Positions 14,400 to 27,229 of a stretch of 64,000 bases of DNA are shown here, piece by piece (within the stretch, counting starts at the first letter, position 1; the number at the start of each line of letters is the position of its first letter). Source of the stretch: Tubiluchus corallicola (taxonomy: Eukaryota > Animalia > Priapulida); NCBI GenBank assembly GCA_030141605.1, contig JAQGDQ010000120.1:248001-312000 (forward strand). Direction: 5' to 3'. The notes beneath the pieces were generated by a model that did not search any database, was not told where the DNA came from, and saw nothing but the letters and a program-made list of their open reading frames with translations. The position numbers and the translations under genes are program-made.

Positions 14400-15030
14400 C
14401 TGTCACTAAAAGCGTTCACATTTATCAGTTTTGCGTAATTGATAGATTATGGCAAATGTTTTACTTGTCTTATTTTTTATATACTTAATATGAAATTTCT
14501 TATTCAAAAATTCGTAAATATATATTCCCATTATTTAATATGGTACTTTCTTTCGATTTTCTGACAATTTTTAGGAGGGGTTTTTTATTTGATCTCAGCA
14601 GAATAAAATTATATTTTTTTATATTTATTGAAAATCTATTTGCCGCCAACCAATCAGACATTTTAATTAATTCGTTATTCATTATCTCCTCTAATTTTAT
14701 AGTATTGACATTTACATAGAATTTTTAAAAAATGTTGGTGCAAATGAGTCGAATTTTTTTACTGCAATTGGGTGTGTCATTGATATATAGCAGAAAAAAT
14801 ATAAATAGCAGAAGGGAAGACCGCAAATGCCACGAAGTTGAGGTACCTTGTGTCCATCGGTTTCAACCGGATTGTAAACAGCCAATAAAGAAACTTTCAA
14901 ACCGGGAAAGAGAATTACCCGCAAGTGCACAATATTTCAGTATTTTTCGAAGAATGCTATGGTTAACAGTGCTGACCGCTTTTGAAAGGTCAACGAATAA
15001 GCCACACACTTATTGGTCATTGTTGTAAGC
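14400..15030 (-). mobile_element. Decayed CR1/L2-type LINE reverse transcriptase fragment
   Basis: Minus-strand translation gives VPQ...FLLYIND-like remnants followed by MNNELIKMSDWLAANRFSINIKKYNFILL, matching the RT C-terminal motif LNxELxxIxxWLxxNKLSLNxxKTxxMLF. Frameshifted. Confidence 0.8.
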
Positions 15031-15420
15031 GTTGCTGTTTTGTCTGTTATTTCTATTAGAGACCTATAACATTATTTTCGTAGTCATTTTAGCTATCACA
15101 GCGACCACATATGACGTTCACTATTACAGCTAAGTATATTAACAGATTAAAGATGCACTTGTTCACCTTGAAAACAGCAGTCTACGTATTTCAAATTTAA
15201 ATTATTTCTTTTCGTCATTGTTTTAAGACAGTTTAGTTTGCGAAGCTTTGCCTTTGGCGCAGCGGTGTGCAGCGGTCTGGTAATCCTTGACTGCATGCCG
15301 TAGATAAAGTACGGCGCTTGTGGGGCCTAGTACTGAGAAATATGAGAAATTTTGCCTATATTAAAGCAGATGAAACATGAAATAAACACTATATTCAAAT
15401 TAAAAGTAAATCCGCCCCAT

Positions 15421-15657
15421 TTATTTAGTTCGGTTCTTCAAATTAGATCTCCTGTCAGAAAACACTTGAACTACTTCCTTTTTTACATCAACTGTGAGGA
15501 ATTCTTTTTCAGTGCTGATTAAAGCCAGATTGGCCAGTCTAGCTTGTGACGTGGAAGTCCTCAGGTACATTTTTATTAGTTTCAGTTTCGAAAATGACGT
15601 TTCACAACTTGCGATTGAAAATGCAATGGTTAACAGTAACCTGTATGCAATGTACAT
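15421..15657 (-). mobile_element. hAT transposase C-terminal dimerisation domain remnant (ZMYM1-like)
   Basis: YIAYRLLLTIAFSIASCETSFSKLKLIKMYLRTSTSQARLANLALISTEKE matches the hATC consensus LLTIPVTxASxERSFSKLKLIKTYLRSTMxQERLxxLALLSIE. The rest of the transposase is not evident. Confidence 0.88.
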
Positions 15658-18510
15658 TATGTTAATCTACTTACACTATTTTATATTGTCTTGATCGAAA
15701 TTATGCACAGTATTTAGATGTAACAGATTTTCTACTCCGGTCTCACTTATCAACACACGGATCCGCATTCACATTGACTTTTAGGAATTTTCGGACTATG
15801 GGCGCTTGTACAACGAAGTTTCAAAAACTAATTTTTATTTCACTCTTTGATTGGATGGATATGGATGCTCGGGGCCAACGCACCCTTTGCACCCCTTTCT
15901 GCACGCTACTGCTTTGACACATGATGCCTGCAGCTTTTGAGTAGCCAAATCTTTTGCAATCTATTTTAGTTCTCATGTTTAAATCTACTGTTATGTTTTA
16001 ACATCGTGTGTTGGCACTGTTGTGTAGATTAGGGGTTAACTTTGCAACCTACCCAGAAAAGGCGTGCTAGATTAAACTAGATGATTCCATATTGTCATTA
16101 TTGTTGTCTTTCTTTAAATGCCGATCAGAGAGACTTGGTGTTTCCACGAAAGCTACATCTTTGTTAATCGTACTGTTGCACACTAGCACGATTGCTTCAG
16201 AGCCTTTGTTTTTAAAACTGTCTGTGAAAACTTTAATAATGCGTAATATTCATCCTATGAAAAGTAAGTTAAGCTTGTAACAGTTGTGGTTACTAAGTGC
16301 CTTAATATCTTGTCTGTTTATTGACAAGAGAAACGTCAGCTACATGTATTACATACTTACATGTATATATTTAGGGCTGGATTACCCTATAGACCAGTAT
16401 AGGCTGCAGCATAGGACCCTCTCAAGCTTTGTGGGGGGCATACTTTGCATTGCTGAATAACTAATATAACATAAAATAAAATTTCAACTATAAAAAATGA
16501 GGTCAGGAAGTCTGAAAATTCAATTTTAAAGTGTCTCCTCATTTGAGATAAAGGATCCCGGTTTGGGTCTTTTATTTGAGACAAAGAGCCTTTGATTGAG
16601 CCCCTTTATTTAAGATAAGGAGCCCTCCTTGAAGCTTTTCATTTGAAATACGAGACACTAACTATGCAAATTTTGCTGAACTTTATCACAAGTAAAAAGT
16701 ATCCGAGACGAGTGCGAGCAAATCAGACAAACCACGAACAAAGAAAATATCAATTTTATGAGCAAACAGGCGGGCAAAGAAATATGCAATCGAACAAACT
16801 GGCAAACAAACAAAAAAAGCCGAACAAATCTATACAATCAAGTAAACAAATAAATAATTAAATAAGTTCTGTCCCCAAATTTCAAAAGTGACGGCTGAAA
16901 GCCTGAATTTCGTTTCCCTATCATTAAAGAAAAGGCCGCACTGACAAGTTATAATTATTATATTGTGAGACTTCAAGGATTGCTTGTTTAGCAGCATATT
17001 TTGCGCATAATGACAATTCAATAAGGCACAACAAATCATTAGTGTTCCGGAAATCTGGCCGCAGGCAGGAAAAGTTCACAAATTTGCGGAACAAGGTGCA
17101 AGCGATTGGTTAAACACTGGGCATTGGCGCACACGTTACGAAGCGACAAACTTAATATTTTCTTTTGTTTTGTAAGGATGATAATGACGGTGTTTCTCCT
17201 CCTCTCCAAGGAATTACTGAGAAAGGGCAAATGACCAGTGTCTAATAGACGTCCCCACATGTAAGTTCGATCAGTCTAACAGGCTCAGCAATATAGCTTA
17301 GCTAACACAATAATAAGCCCATATTCTGTTAATCCGTTGGTTATTTTTGACCAAACAGCATGCAGAAAAAACGTTCTAGGGGCGCCCGGTGGGACTCTCG
17401 GAAGGAGATATATAGTTCTTTAGAAGGAGGAAGAACAGGGCTACACGATGATGTCGGCTATATTTTAGTACATGTCCACCAAAAGAAGTACTGACGAGTT
17501 AATTAGATGTTCTATTTTTGGCAATTTTCGCTTGGAAAACTGCTGACGCAAAGCCATTGTTCTGACCTCATCCATTATACTCTGCCTATTACCTTATAAC
17601 TTTAATTCAGTAAAAGCTGCTGCAGGCTTTGCGTTATAAATGAGGACTATGTAGGACGTTTGCGCATTATTGATTATAAACCATCAATGGCACGACACTA
17701 GATCGAGACCTTTCTTTTGATATATAGATCGCCGCAAACGGTGCCCTCGTCGAAGCTGTAGCCTCGAATCTTATATATATATATACCAAGAATATTAATA
17801 TAAGAGTATTGATACGTGTATTTATACGCAAATTTTTTTGCGGGGCCTTTGCTAGTTCTTTAATTAATTCGATTCCTCAAGCCAATTATTGTTAAAGCAA
17901 AAAAATAAATAATCTGTTTTTAACAAAAGTTAAAATTATCAATTAACCTAACCTAAAAGAAAAATTTTAACTCTAGCCGCCTGTCAAGCAGATTGCCTAT
18001 AAAGCAAAATTCTGAAGAGAAGGCGTGAGACAAATATACTACAGATTCTGAAGACCTCTGCCTTTTGTTATTGGCCATTGAGCTGGGATGAGAACACACC
18101 ATCTCTAACGCAATCTGTAGCAATGGCAAGCATCATTTCTATTGCCATCGCCATCACCATCAAAACCATTGCCAATTCTCTGTCAGCAATAGCAATCAAT
18201 GGTCCTGCGAAAATGATGGTAAAGTGGATGATAATAGCGATAGTGATCACTCGATCAGCAAAACAAAAATGAGAAAATACGCTTTAGAAGACTATGACAA
18301 CTATTAATTAGAATACAGATAATAGCTTGACCGCAAACCATTCTAAATAAGGTCACTCAAGGTGCCGATTCCCACATTATGGAGTCACTAATGTTAAGAA
18401 AAAGACTGTACTTAAATTGTGACGAATGTCTGCATAGAAATTAGCGTCAAGCCCTTTATAACACTAGCGGGACTTAGCTCTTAGACACCGTGACACATTA
18501 TATAGGGCAG

Positions 18511-18594
18511 TATATAAGCGCTGGTGATGTGCCGTACCTGTCTTTCATGTGACAAGTACGCCTAACTTTAGTTCTCTGAGTATGACCACTATAG
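18511..18594 (+). promoter_or_regulatory. Putative TATA box and short non-coding first exon of the Gly/Tyr-rich gene
   Basis: TATATAAG at 18511, donor-like AG|GTATGG at 18594/18595, and an acceptor tttttatttcAG ending at 19032 upstream of the ATG at 19194. Inferred from motifs only. Confidence 0.45.
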
Positions 18595-19193
18595 GTATGG
18601 TGTGCACAATTTTGTCTTTTGTGGTGAAGAATGATTTACACGCTGACTAGGCAAAGTTCTGCCATGTTTTTATAATTTAGTTCTTCGCAGAAAAGAATGC
18701 GCATTAAAATTCAAAATGTTGATTTTATTTGTGAAGTTTCTGATGTGGAATTTTTAAAACTGTAAATATTGATTAAGAATATGTGTATTTATATTAGTCT
18801 TATTAATTACTCTATAATTCTGACCTTTTTGTTATAATAATACAATCAAACGACATTATGATTCTCAAAATAGTGACTCCTTTTACAAGTGTTTGTTACG
18901 AGCGTTTATTTTATTTTAATTTTATTAGTTTATTTTATTTTATTTTATTTTAATAAAAACGTAGTCAAGCTTGTCTTACTTAATAAGATAATTATAGAAA
19001 ATTAGATAATTACTAAAACATTTTTATTTCAGTTATGTAAACAGCGACTTACTCCTGTAGTTTGGCAAGCTGTTAACAGAAGACGTTATTTCTGGAACAT
19101 TCTTCTTTGAGTGTGGTCTTTGGAAGAAACGGAATTCACAAAAGTGAATTGATAATTCTTTCATCAACTGCTTTTTACCAAACAGAAACTATT

Positions 19194-19232
19194 ATGAAGC
19201 TGTCGATACTATTTCGTAGCTTAATACCACTG
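19194..19232 (+). CDS. Gly/Tyr-rich secreted protein, first coding exon (MKLSILFRSLIPL, first half of signal peptide)
   Basis: ATG at 19194, 13 codons, then a consensus donor G|GTAAGT at 19233 in phase 0. Joins in frame to ttgtttcAG|ATA at 20750, giving MKLSILFRSLIPLIFLCTLVAA/EG. Confidence 0.8.
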
Positions 19233-19457
19233 GTAAGTTCCGCAAAGTGTATTTAAATTTGACAAAATCCTCCATGTTCGAGCAGGGCCAAAATTTTTAA
19301 TTGTTTCTGAACTTTCGTTCACTCATGTAGTAGCACGTAGTGATGGCGAAGTAATAAGTTATAAGTAAATTTATTGAATTAACGGCTCACAAAATGAGTA
19401 AGTGAATGGCTGGCTGCCTATCCAACTGATTTTCTGCTGCTTGCGTGCCTGAATCTA

Positions 19458-19560
19458 TGACTGACTGATTGACTGACTGACCGACTAACTAGTAACGACT
19501 CACTGACTGACTCACTAATTAAGTGATTGGCTGAATAACCATTAACTGACCGACTGATGG
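19458..19560. repeat. Degenerate (CTGA)n tetranucleotide repeat in intron
   Basis: gactgactgattgactgactgaccgactaact... Confidence 0.75.
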
Positions 19561-20749
19561 ATTGTTCCAACAACAGACTAACCAACTAAGTAGTTGTCAG
19601 GCTAACCGACTCAGGTTTTATTCGTTAATAGAGTAAAGTTAACTAATGCATATACGGCTTTCTGCTAGGTTAGTTTATGGTGTGAAATCAGAAATAATAA
19701 TTGTAGTATACGTACGTGCTTTATGTTGGTAGAACTTGTACTTTTGATTTTATGGCTGATATTTCTCATGTATATGGTGCTGGTATTTTTGACCCAAACC
19801 AAATTTTCCTCAACAGCGTTATTACGTTGGTAGTCAAGTACAAAACTATATCTCATAACCACCTCGCAGAATACTATTACAAACACTGCATAGCATTTAA
19901 AGCAGAGTTTGCTGTTTGAAAGAAATACTTGTAAGGTGCTTTCACATCTTGCCCGAAAACAGCATTGTCAAAAGACTGACAACAACACGGGTTCGTTGCA
20001 GTATACTAGTAGCTTGTATGAAGAAAAAATTGTGTGTTTCTAAATTAAACAATCTTTGATGACAAGAAGGCATGGCGGTAAAACGAATGGTTTTTTGAAT
20101 AGTTTTGAAAGTCAGCTACATCAAATCTGATGTCAAAATTCATTTCCGCAAGTTGCCCAAGTTTTCACTCCTTTAAGACAACCGCAGTGGTTTTTGACCC
20201 ACTTATCAGGATTTTTACTGTTCTATAACAGCTTCTAGTGTTTTGCTTTTCTGTAAAGTTTCCTTTCAGATTTTTAGTTTAAATCCATTTGCTGGTCAGT
20301 CTCTTATCAGCTATGTTTATTACGTCAACTCATATACGTATGTTGATGAGTTATGACGATCACGCGTGTCTTCAGCGATTCTTTACTTTTTTATTCTTAT
20401 CTCATTTTTCTGCAATTTTGTGTATCAGTTTGTTCGTTCATTCACTAGCTAGTTACTTGATTTGTTTGTTTGTCCGTTCATCCAACCGTATCTTGGCTCA
20501 TTCGCTCATACATTAACTGTTCAATTTTCTGAGAGAAAACAAAGCACGTGTAAAATATTAGCCTTGTCAACTGTAACTGTCACTGGTCAATATAATCTAT
20601 AAGAATCTATAATTACAAAAGAAATTGATATGAATTATTACCATTACACTTGATGAAGAAGATTAATATAATAACTTACAGTATGAATAGTAAAGTTAGT
20701 AAGCGTGAATGAAAAATGAAAAACTAATTTATGAACCTTCTTGTTTCAG

Positions 20750-22750
20750 ATATTTTTGTGTACCTTAGTAGCTGCTGAAGGTGAAGGCTATGGCCATAAA
20801 AAGATAACTAACCCTTACGTAAAAGATGTTCTCGAAGCCAACAAGCAAGCCCGTGCAAGTGGCACCAACCAAGGTTATGGAAAAAGCAGCAGCAAAAGTA
20901 GAGGCTATTTTACAGAAGCTACAACAACAGATACCACCACCACACCATATACCACAACTGTAGGCTACGAGAGTAGCAATAAAGTTAATGGCTATGGTAA
21001 CAGCAACAAAGGCAAAGGCCATGGAAATAGCAAAGGCAGTGGTTACGGTACAAGCAACAGTAAAGGCAGTTCCGGTTATGGCAATAAAGGCAACAGTGGA
21101 TACGATAACAATGGTAGCTCTGGTTATGGTAAAAGTGGTAGATCTGGCTATGGTAATAGTGGTAATTCTGGCTATGGTAACAATGGTAACTCTGGCTATG
21201 GAAACAGTGGTAACTCTGGCTATGGTAACACCGGTAGTTCAGGCTATGGCAACACTGGTAATTCTGGCTATGGTAACTCTGGTAATTCTGGCTATGGTAA
21301 CACAGGAAATAGCGGCTATGGCAGCAATAACAATTTTGGCACCAGTTTTGGAACACGTGGATTTACTGGCGGTTTTGGAGGCCGCAATTTTGGGGGTTTC
21401 AATACGGGATTTAATAATGGTTTCAGTGGCGGATTTGGTCAAAACAACAAAGGCGGTGGATATGGCAGCAACAATAATAACTTTAAAAGTTTTGGTTATG
21501 ATAGTGTGGTTAAATCATTCGATAATGATGGCTATGGAAGGTCAAATGGTTATGGAAACAATGAGAAAGACAGTGGTTATGGAGACAATGACAAAGGAAG
21601 TGGTTATGGGGAAAATGACAAAGCAATTAGTTACGGAAATGGTAACAAAGGAAGTGGTTATGGAGGCAATGACAAAAAAAGTGGATACGGTAGCAGCAAT
21701 CAAAACAGAGGACATGACAGTTCTTCGAGTTACGGCTTCAACAGTGTTGTCAAGTCTATTGGAAATACAGGTTATGGCAGTGGTGGAGGTGGTTATTCAG
21801 ATGCAGTTGGCTATGGCGGTAGTTCTAGCAGAGGTTACGGTAAAAGTGATGGCGGTTATGCAGATGCTGTTGGCTATAAAAGTAGTTCTAACAGAGGTCA
21901 TGGCAGTCGTTCCAGCAGAGGTTATGGAAGGAACAATGGACGAAGAAGAGGCTACAATGGAAGAAATGGTCGTGGGCGCAGTAGAGGATACGATGACAGT
22001 GGGTCCAAGGTCATCTTTAGTGACCTAGTAAAAAAACGATTAAAAAACGATAATAATCTTGTCTATGGAACAGGGGAATATGGCAAGATTGGAACTACAG
22101 GAAAAACAACCCTCTTAAAACGAAACGGATACGGAGATAGCAAAGGTACGGGTTATGGAAGAAAAGGGCGTGGAAGAAGCAGAAGCAGAACTGGTTACGA
22201 TAGCAACGATAGCACTGGCTACGGTTATGATACTACCAGTACCACTTATGGTACAACTGAGCCTACTACCACCACTACTGGTTATGCTGATAGTGGTAAC
22301 GGCTATGGGAGAAGCAACAAGAATGGATATGGAAATGCCAAGGGCGGAAGAGAGAAGATAGCTAACCCGTACGTGCGTAAACCGAAAACTTCGAAAGGTG
22401 GACTGCTCGGCAAGTTGTCTGTAGACACTGTAAAACAGTCAGGTTATGATACAACAACACCATACTATGATACCACAAGTAGTTATGCGACTACTGCTAC
22501 TACTGTGTATGGTGATGACTCGGGATACGGAAGGAGCAGGGGTTATGGCAGAAAAAGTAGAGGATATGGCAGAGGAAGGTCCAAGTTAAATGGGAAAGTC
22601 CATAAATTATTGCCGTACAGAGAAGGGGAGCGTTCCTATTTCGTTGATTTCTGCGCACATCTAGGGGAAAGACTGTGTGCCAAGATGAAAAAGCTGGGCG
22701 AAGAAAGAGATAAAAAGTTAAACAGGAGCAGCAGTGGATATTCCAAGTGA
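20750..22750 (+). CDS. Gly/Tyr/Ser/Asn-rich repetitive secreted structural protein, main exon (whole protein ~679 aa)
   Basis: 2-kb stop-free ORF in AT-rich DNA with an acceptor at 20748-20749. Dozens of GYG motifs, Thr-rich blocks, Arg/Lys-rich blocks and two Cys near the C-terminus. AATAAA near 22914. Composition resembles invertebrate shell-matrix, cement, cuticle or egg-case proteins; I do not recognise a specific orthologue. Confidence 0.9.
   Translation: MFLCTLVAAEGEGYGHKKITNPYVKDVLEANKQARASGTNQGYGKSSSKSRGYFTEATTTDTTTTPYTTTVGYESSNKVNGYGNSNKGKGHGNSKGSGYGTSNSKGSSGYGNKGNSGYDNNGSSGYGKSGRSGYGNSGNSGYGNNGNSGYGNSGNSGYGNTGSSGYGNTGNSGYGNSGNSGYGNTGNSGYGSNNNFGTSFGTRGFTGGFGGRNFGGFNTGFNNGFSGGFGQNNKGGGYGSNNNNFKSFGYDSVVKSFDNDGYGRSNGYGNNEKDSGYGDNDKGSGYGENDKAISYGNGNKGSGYGGNDKKSGYGSSNQNRGHDSSSSYGFNSVVKSIGNTGYGSGGGGYSDAVGYGGSSSRGYGKSDGGYADAVGYKSSSNRGHGSRSSRGYGRNNGRRRGYNGRNGRGRSRGYDDSGSKVIFSDLVKKRLKNDNNLVYGTGEYGKIGTTGKTTLLKRNGYGDSKGTGYGRKGRGRSRSRTGYDSNDSTGYGYDTTSTTYGTTEPTTTTTGYADSGNGYGRSNKNGYGNAKGGREKIANPYVRKPKTSKGGLLGKLSVDTVKQSGYDTTTPYYDTTSSYATTATTVYGDDSGYGRSRGYGRKSRGYGRGRSKLNGKVHKLLPYREGERSYFVDFCAHLGERLCAKMKKLGEERDKKLNRSSSGYSK
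21070..21322 (+). repeat. Coding 24-bp tandem repeat (SGYGNxGN octapeptide, about 10 units)
   Basis: Units such as tctggctatggtaacaatggtaac and tctggctatggaaacagtggtaac, with variation mostly at synonymous sites and the x position. Confidence 0.9.
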
Positions 22751-25700
22751 TCACTTTAACATAAAGTAAACTGTAATATACAATGTAATCTTGTTTGTTA
22801 TTTCCTAAAATGTCGAGTCTTTTGGGTACACCAGGATTTTCGTTTTAAGCGCTAATGTTACTAATAAGATTTCGTGTTATGATGAGCTTGATAATAACTA
22901 CTGAACTATTTACAATAAATAGATTAGGATTAAACACGCAAAATTTGATTTCTGTCTCAGCAAACTGAATCACACGCCTCCGAGCTTGTGAAAGTAAATA
23001 CGTATTAAAGTTGGTAATAGGATCATCATTTATTTAACTTTTCGTTTCGTAATAATCTAGGAGTGTGTTAAGTTGTAAGCTTGCAATACGTAAGAGAATT
23101 GCCGATGCCTGTAAACGGGCTAAGAATAATAAATAATTTGATGTCAAACAAACTTTTTAAGACTTTGAAATCAAGAAGAGTGATGTACTATTAAGACATT
23201 TACTATTAAGATTTTCGGACACACAGTACAATCATCAATTGTTAAAGTCTAAAATCATTTTTGTTTTATAATGTATATAATTTACGTAGACCTGACATAT
23301 ATATGTGTATGTATACTAGTGACATAAAACCGTGGTAATTTGTTAATAGTTCGTAAACGTTTATAAATCGTATTGATTAAGTTTTAGCTGAAAAAAAATT
23401 TAACTATAGAATATTTAAAAGAGTTTTGTGTGGTCTCACCCCATATAGTATGTAATTAACGGCATTGTACTTGTTTGTTTTCATCGTCCCTTCTATTGTT
23501 TTACAATCCTTCATGTTATGTGTAAGTACCGTGTATTTATTGATTTTTCACCACTGTCATTATGCGCATTTTGTATTTTGCATCAATAAATTTTATTAGA
23601 CTGTTAAAATTTCTTGTCGACTTCCTCTAGTAAGCGGTAAATTTTAGCAGATGAATGTAATAAAATAAGTAATTAACAAATACGCAAAAACCGTGAAGCG
23701 ATCTTAATTAGGACCAGCAACCTTCTGGGTTAATACTGCCTAGTATTAGCAAGCTGGGAATAGATATTCATCCTAATATGCACTCTTTTCTATTTTCAAA
23801 ACGAAATTGACAAACTCTGTAGTAATTGACTAACAATCACAGCTGAAGTCAAAATTATAGGCGGGTTAATTTAGTTGACTTATCACCTTTCATGCTAATT
23901 TGGTGAACGATTAACATTTAGGCTACCATTACGTCAATGTAGGTCATACAGTGAACGATGATAAGTTTTCTGGTACGAAAATTTCGGCATAGCCCCCGGT
24001 CTTGCGCAGCTAAAGGTCGACAAAATTAATTGTTCTTACTGTCCCGTATGTTCGTGAGACAAAAATAAGTTCCAAGAAAGTATGGGGCTCAAATGGTCCT
24101 TTTCATTTAAATAGACGTGTGCCACGAAGGTATTAAAACCTTTCAAGACCTGATAACTATATTTCACAAAACATATCACATGAAGACACTCATGTAGCAG
24201 CATGTTTTCTAAATGATACTTTACCCAATCGATGTCAGCGAGATACATATGTCAGCGTATGTCTCACATGTCTCAGGTGTTTGGTGGTAACAGATACCTA
24301 GATAATATCGATATGCCTGTATATTTTTGCTCTTGGAAACATGTGAAACTTTTGTGTCAGCAAAATTCACCAGTATTAATATCAGGAATGTATGTAGGTC
24401 CGTATTAGGCACAGACAGAAATACGACGGGTGCAAGTTAGCGGCTTCATCACGATTTCACTGTAATGATGAAACAGGTTAAAATATTAAGGCATCATTGT
24501 GTGTTAAAACTGCTTGATTATTATACACAGGTTTTCGATAATCTGATGCCAAAATTTCAATTATTTTGTCATCCAGATAAAACCATAGTTATTTAAGCAC
24601 TTACACTTACCACTCAAAGCTAGTTTATAGGTTTCTGAGTTTATCAGAATTTTTTTTTGAAAAAGAGAGATAAAACGGAAACCGAAATGAAAACTAAAGT
24701 ATTCACATACACCAGATATTGATGGATTAAATTTCCAAATAAAAAAATTGGCCTACGCTGACAACAAGTGATTCAGCATCTTGGAATCCGTTGGAAGGAA
24801 TTAGAAGTAAATAAACACCTGAAATTAACATTTGACTGTGAAAACTACTGAAAAGGGTCTAATAAGCAAAGTGATATGGCGTAATAGGCCTAACTTACGG
24901 TATACTTTCTATGGTAAACTGGCAAAACTAGTGAAATATATCAAGAAACTTTGAAATTCTTAAAATATAATCCTTAGAAACGCAGTCAAACGAGCTTTGT
25001 TATACATTTAAACAAGTAAAGTTTAAGATAATGGAGTTTAAAGCAGAATTTTTAATAAATCAAATTAAAACGGGTGGCGCAATGGCATAATTAAAGATGG
25101 CAGAGTCAAATTCGAGCCAAAGTAGGTATGTATCTGTAATAACAACCACGAAGCAGATAACTGTGTCGGTAACTTGTTGTAGAAATAAGCGTAGGGGGCT
25201 TGGAAAAAGCACACTGTAAAGCTTTAATATGCGCCTGCCTTATACACAATAATTGTGCAACCTTGTGTCTGTATTAATTTTAATAAATCATTTTTATGAA
25301 ACATTTTTATAGTATTTTGGTAATTAGTAAATATAGTCCTAGGTTGCAATGGTGGAATACTGTAAACATGCTACTAATTAACATCAAACGTAACTCTGTT
25401 CTGTTTGCAGGTACTGACTTGATTAGCCCTGTGTACATTCGCCACTAGTTGTTGTACGCAGTCTGTATTAAGTGATTTTTATCAATAACTCATCAAATTA
25501 TCATATTAATATTTATTAGAATTTATTCAAGGTTTTTATCGACTCAAAAGAAAGCCAATTTTTCATAACTATTTCAGAAAAAATATAAAACAGTTATTTT
25601 GATGAATTATTGGAACCCAGCTGAACTGTATAAGTTTCTAGCTCCAAATTTGAATCGAACGGATTCGATGTCCATTAAAGCCATTGTAATTTCAAATACC

Positions 25701-27229
25701 GTTAATGTCATTTACAGACTGACATTAACTTATTACAAATGTATCTAAGTAATTTATAAATATAGCTAAATAAACAAATAAGTTGGGAAACAAGTTAATA
25801 AATTTCATGTTATTTTGTTTGTTTTAATGAGTGTGGTATTAAAAAGTAAACCTAGGCACTAGAAAGGGGCACAAACAGCCTGTATGCAAAAAATCACGTT
25901 TTGCATAAGAAAACTGGTAAGCTCTCGCAATTCTTTGAGTTTCTAGGATTTCCAGAGCTGATGTGTTCATTTTATCTGTACCTGGGCCTCAGTAACTACT
26001 TGTACATGCACAAAAACAATGATTAACATGTCATCGACCCAAATTTTCAAGTTCTCGGCTAAAATTCAAGCAAAAATGTCCGCAGTTTTTAACATAATTT
26101 GTTTCCATTTCCCCAGGCTGTATAGAGACACGTTTAGGTCACTTAGTGCCTAATTTGAACGTTGCCTGAAGACGAAGATAACAACCCGGTACCACCTTTT
26201 CTTCCGCAACACATCCCTTGCAGGTCAAGAGGTGAAGCAACATTTATTTGAAGCAGTATGACGACAATTTTGCACATAGATTATTATAGGTTTTAATAAA
26301 GAGGTAGCGAGTTAACCAAGTTTAAGACTTAGAAAAAGTAAAAGCAAAAGCATTAGTTCCAAGACACTGAAAACTGCGCTATGAAAACAACTTTTGAATA
26401 CAGCTCAGCTACGGCTACTCAGTTGTCTAGCTCTCAATGGCCTACTTAATACAGCTGGTTGTGCCGTATCAGAATCTAGGTAATTATCATTGACATTGTT
26501 CTTACATTAGGCCGATCAAAGTAGAAAATGTTAGCCACGTTAGATTCTTTGTTGGGGTAAATAGCCAAATGCGCAGAGAATTACCTAGAGGCAGTTTTTC
26601 ACGGTAATCCGTCCATTTATTGACTAGATTCTGCTTAGCTTAACTGCAATTTCCAACTACACATCGCAGGCCTACACATTGCGCCCATTGAACAATGTAC
26701 AACTTTTTTGGCTTTTTGGCACATTGATTCCTCAGTCTACTGTAGTTAATGTGACTGATTATGCTTATTTTCATATATGTATTCAAGGGTGAAGATTAAC
26801 TTTCGGGTTTAAGTGCAATTACTTTAATAAAAAGATTTGCATTTAAAATTTGAGATCATTTAAAGATAAAAGTTTCTAATAAAAAAAGTTTAAGTTTGCA
26901 TTGTGAAGAAACCGAGTGACTCACGCACCATTTCTCACAGGATCAATTAAATAAGTGGAGGAACAAACAGATCCTTCAACATATGTAACGTGTTTTAGAG
27001 TCAATAGTCCGTCAGTTTGCTGTAATTCAATTCAACATTTTAATATTCTGAGCCCCTTCAAGCTAGGCGAAAAAGCCAAATGCAGTTAGCGCATTTTAAT
27101 GTTAGGAGTTTATTTAAAAAATAAACCAAATGGAAAGTTGATAAATTTCATGTTTCTGAAACTTGCATTTGAAATTTTGTTAAATTCGAAACTTTTTGAT
27201 AACGAAGTAAATGTATTAGACTATTCCAT

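Noticed and set aside
20988-22028. 346-aa overlapping ORF (MAMVTAT...) and antisense ORFs within the Gly/Tyr gene
   Set aside because: Shadow frames of the GGT/TAT/GGC repeat codons. They have no independent splice or start context and no recognisable domain.
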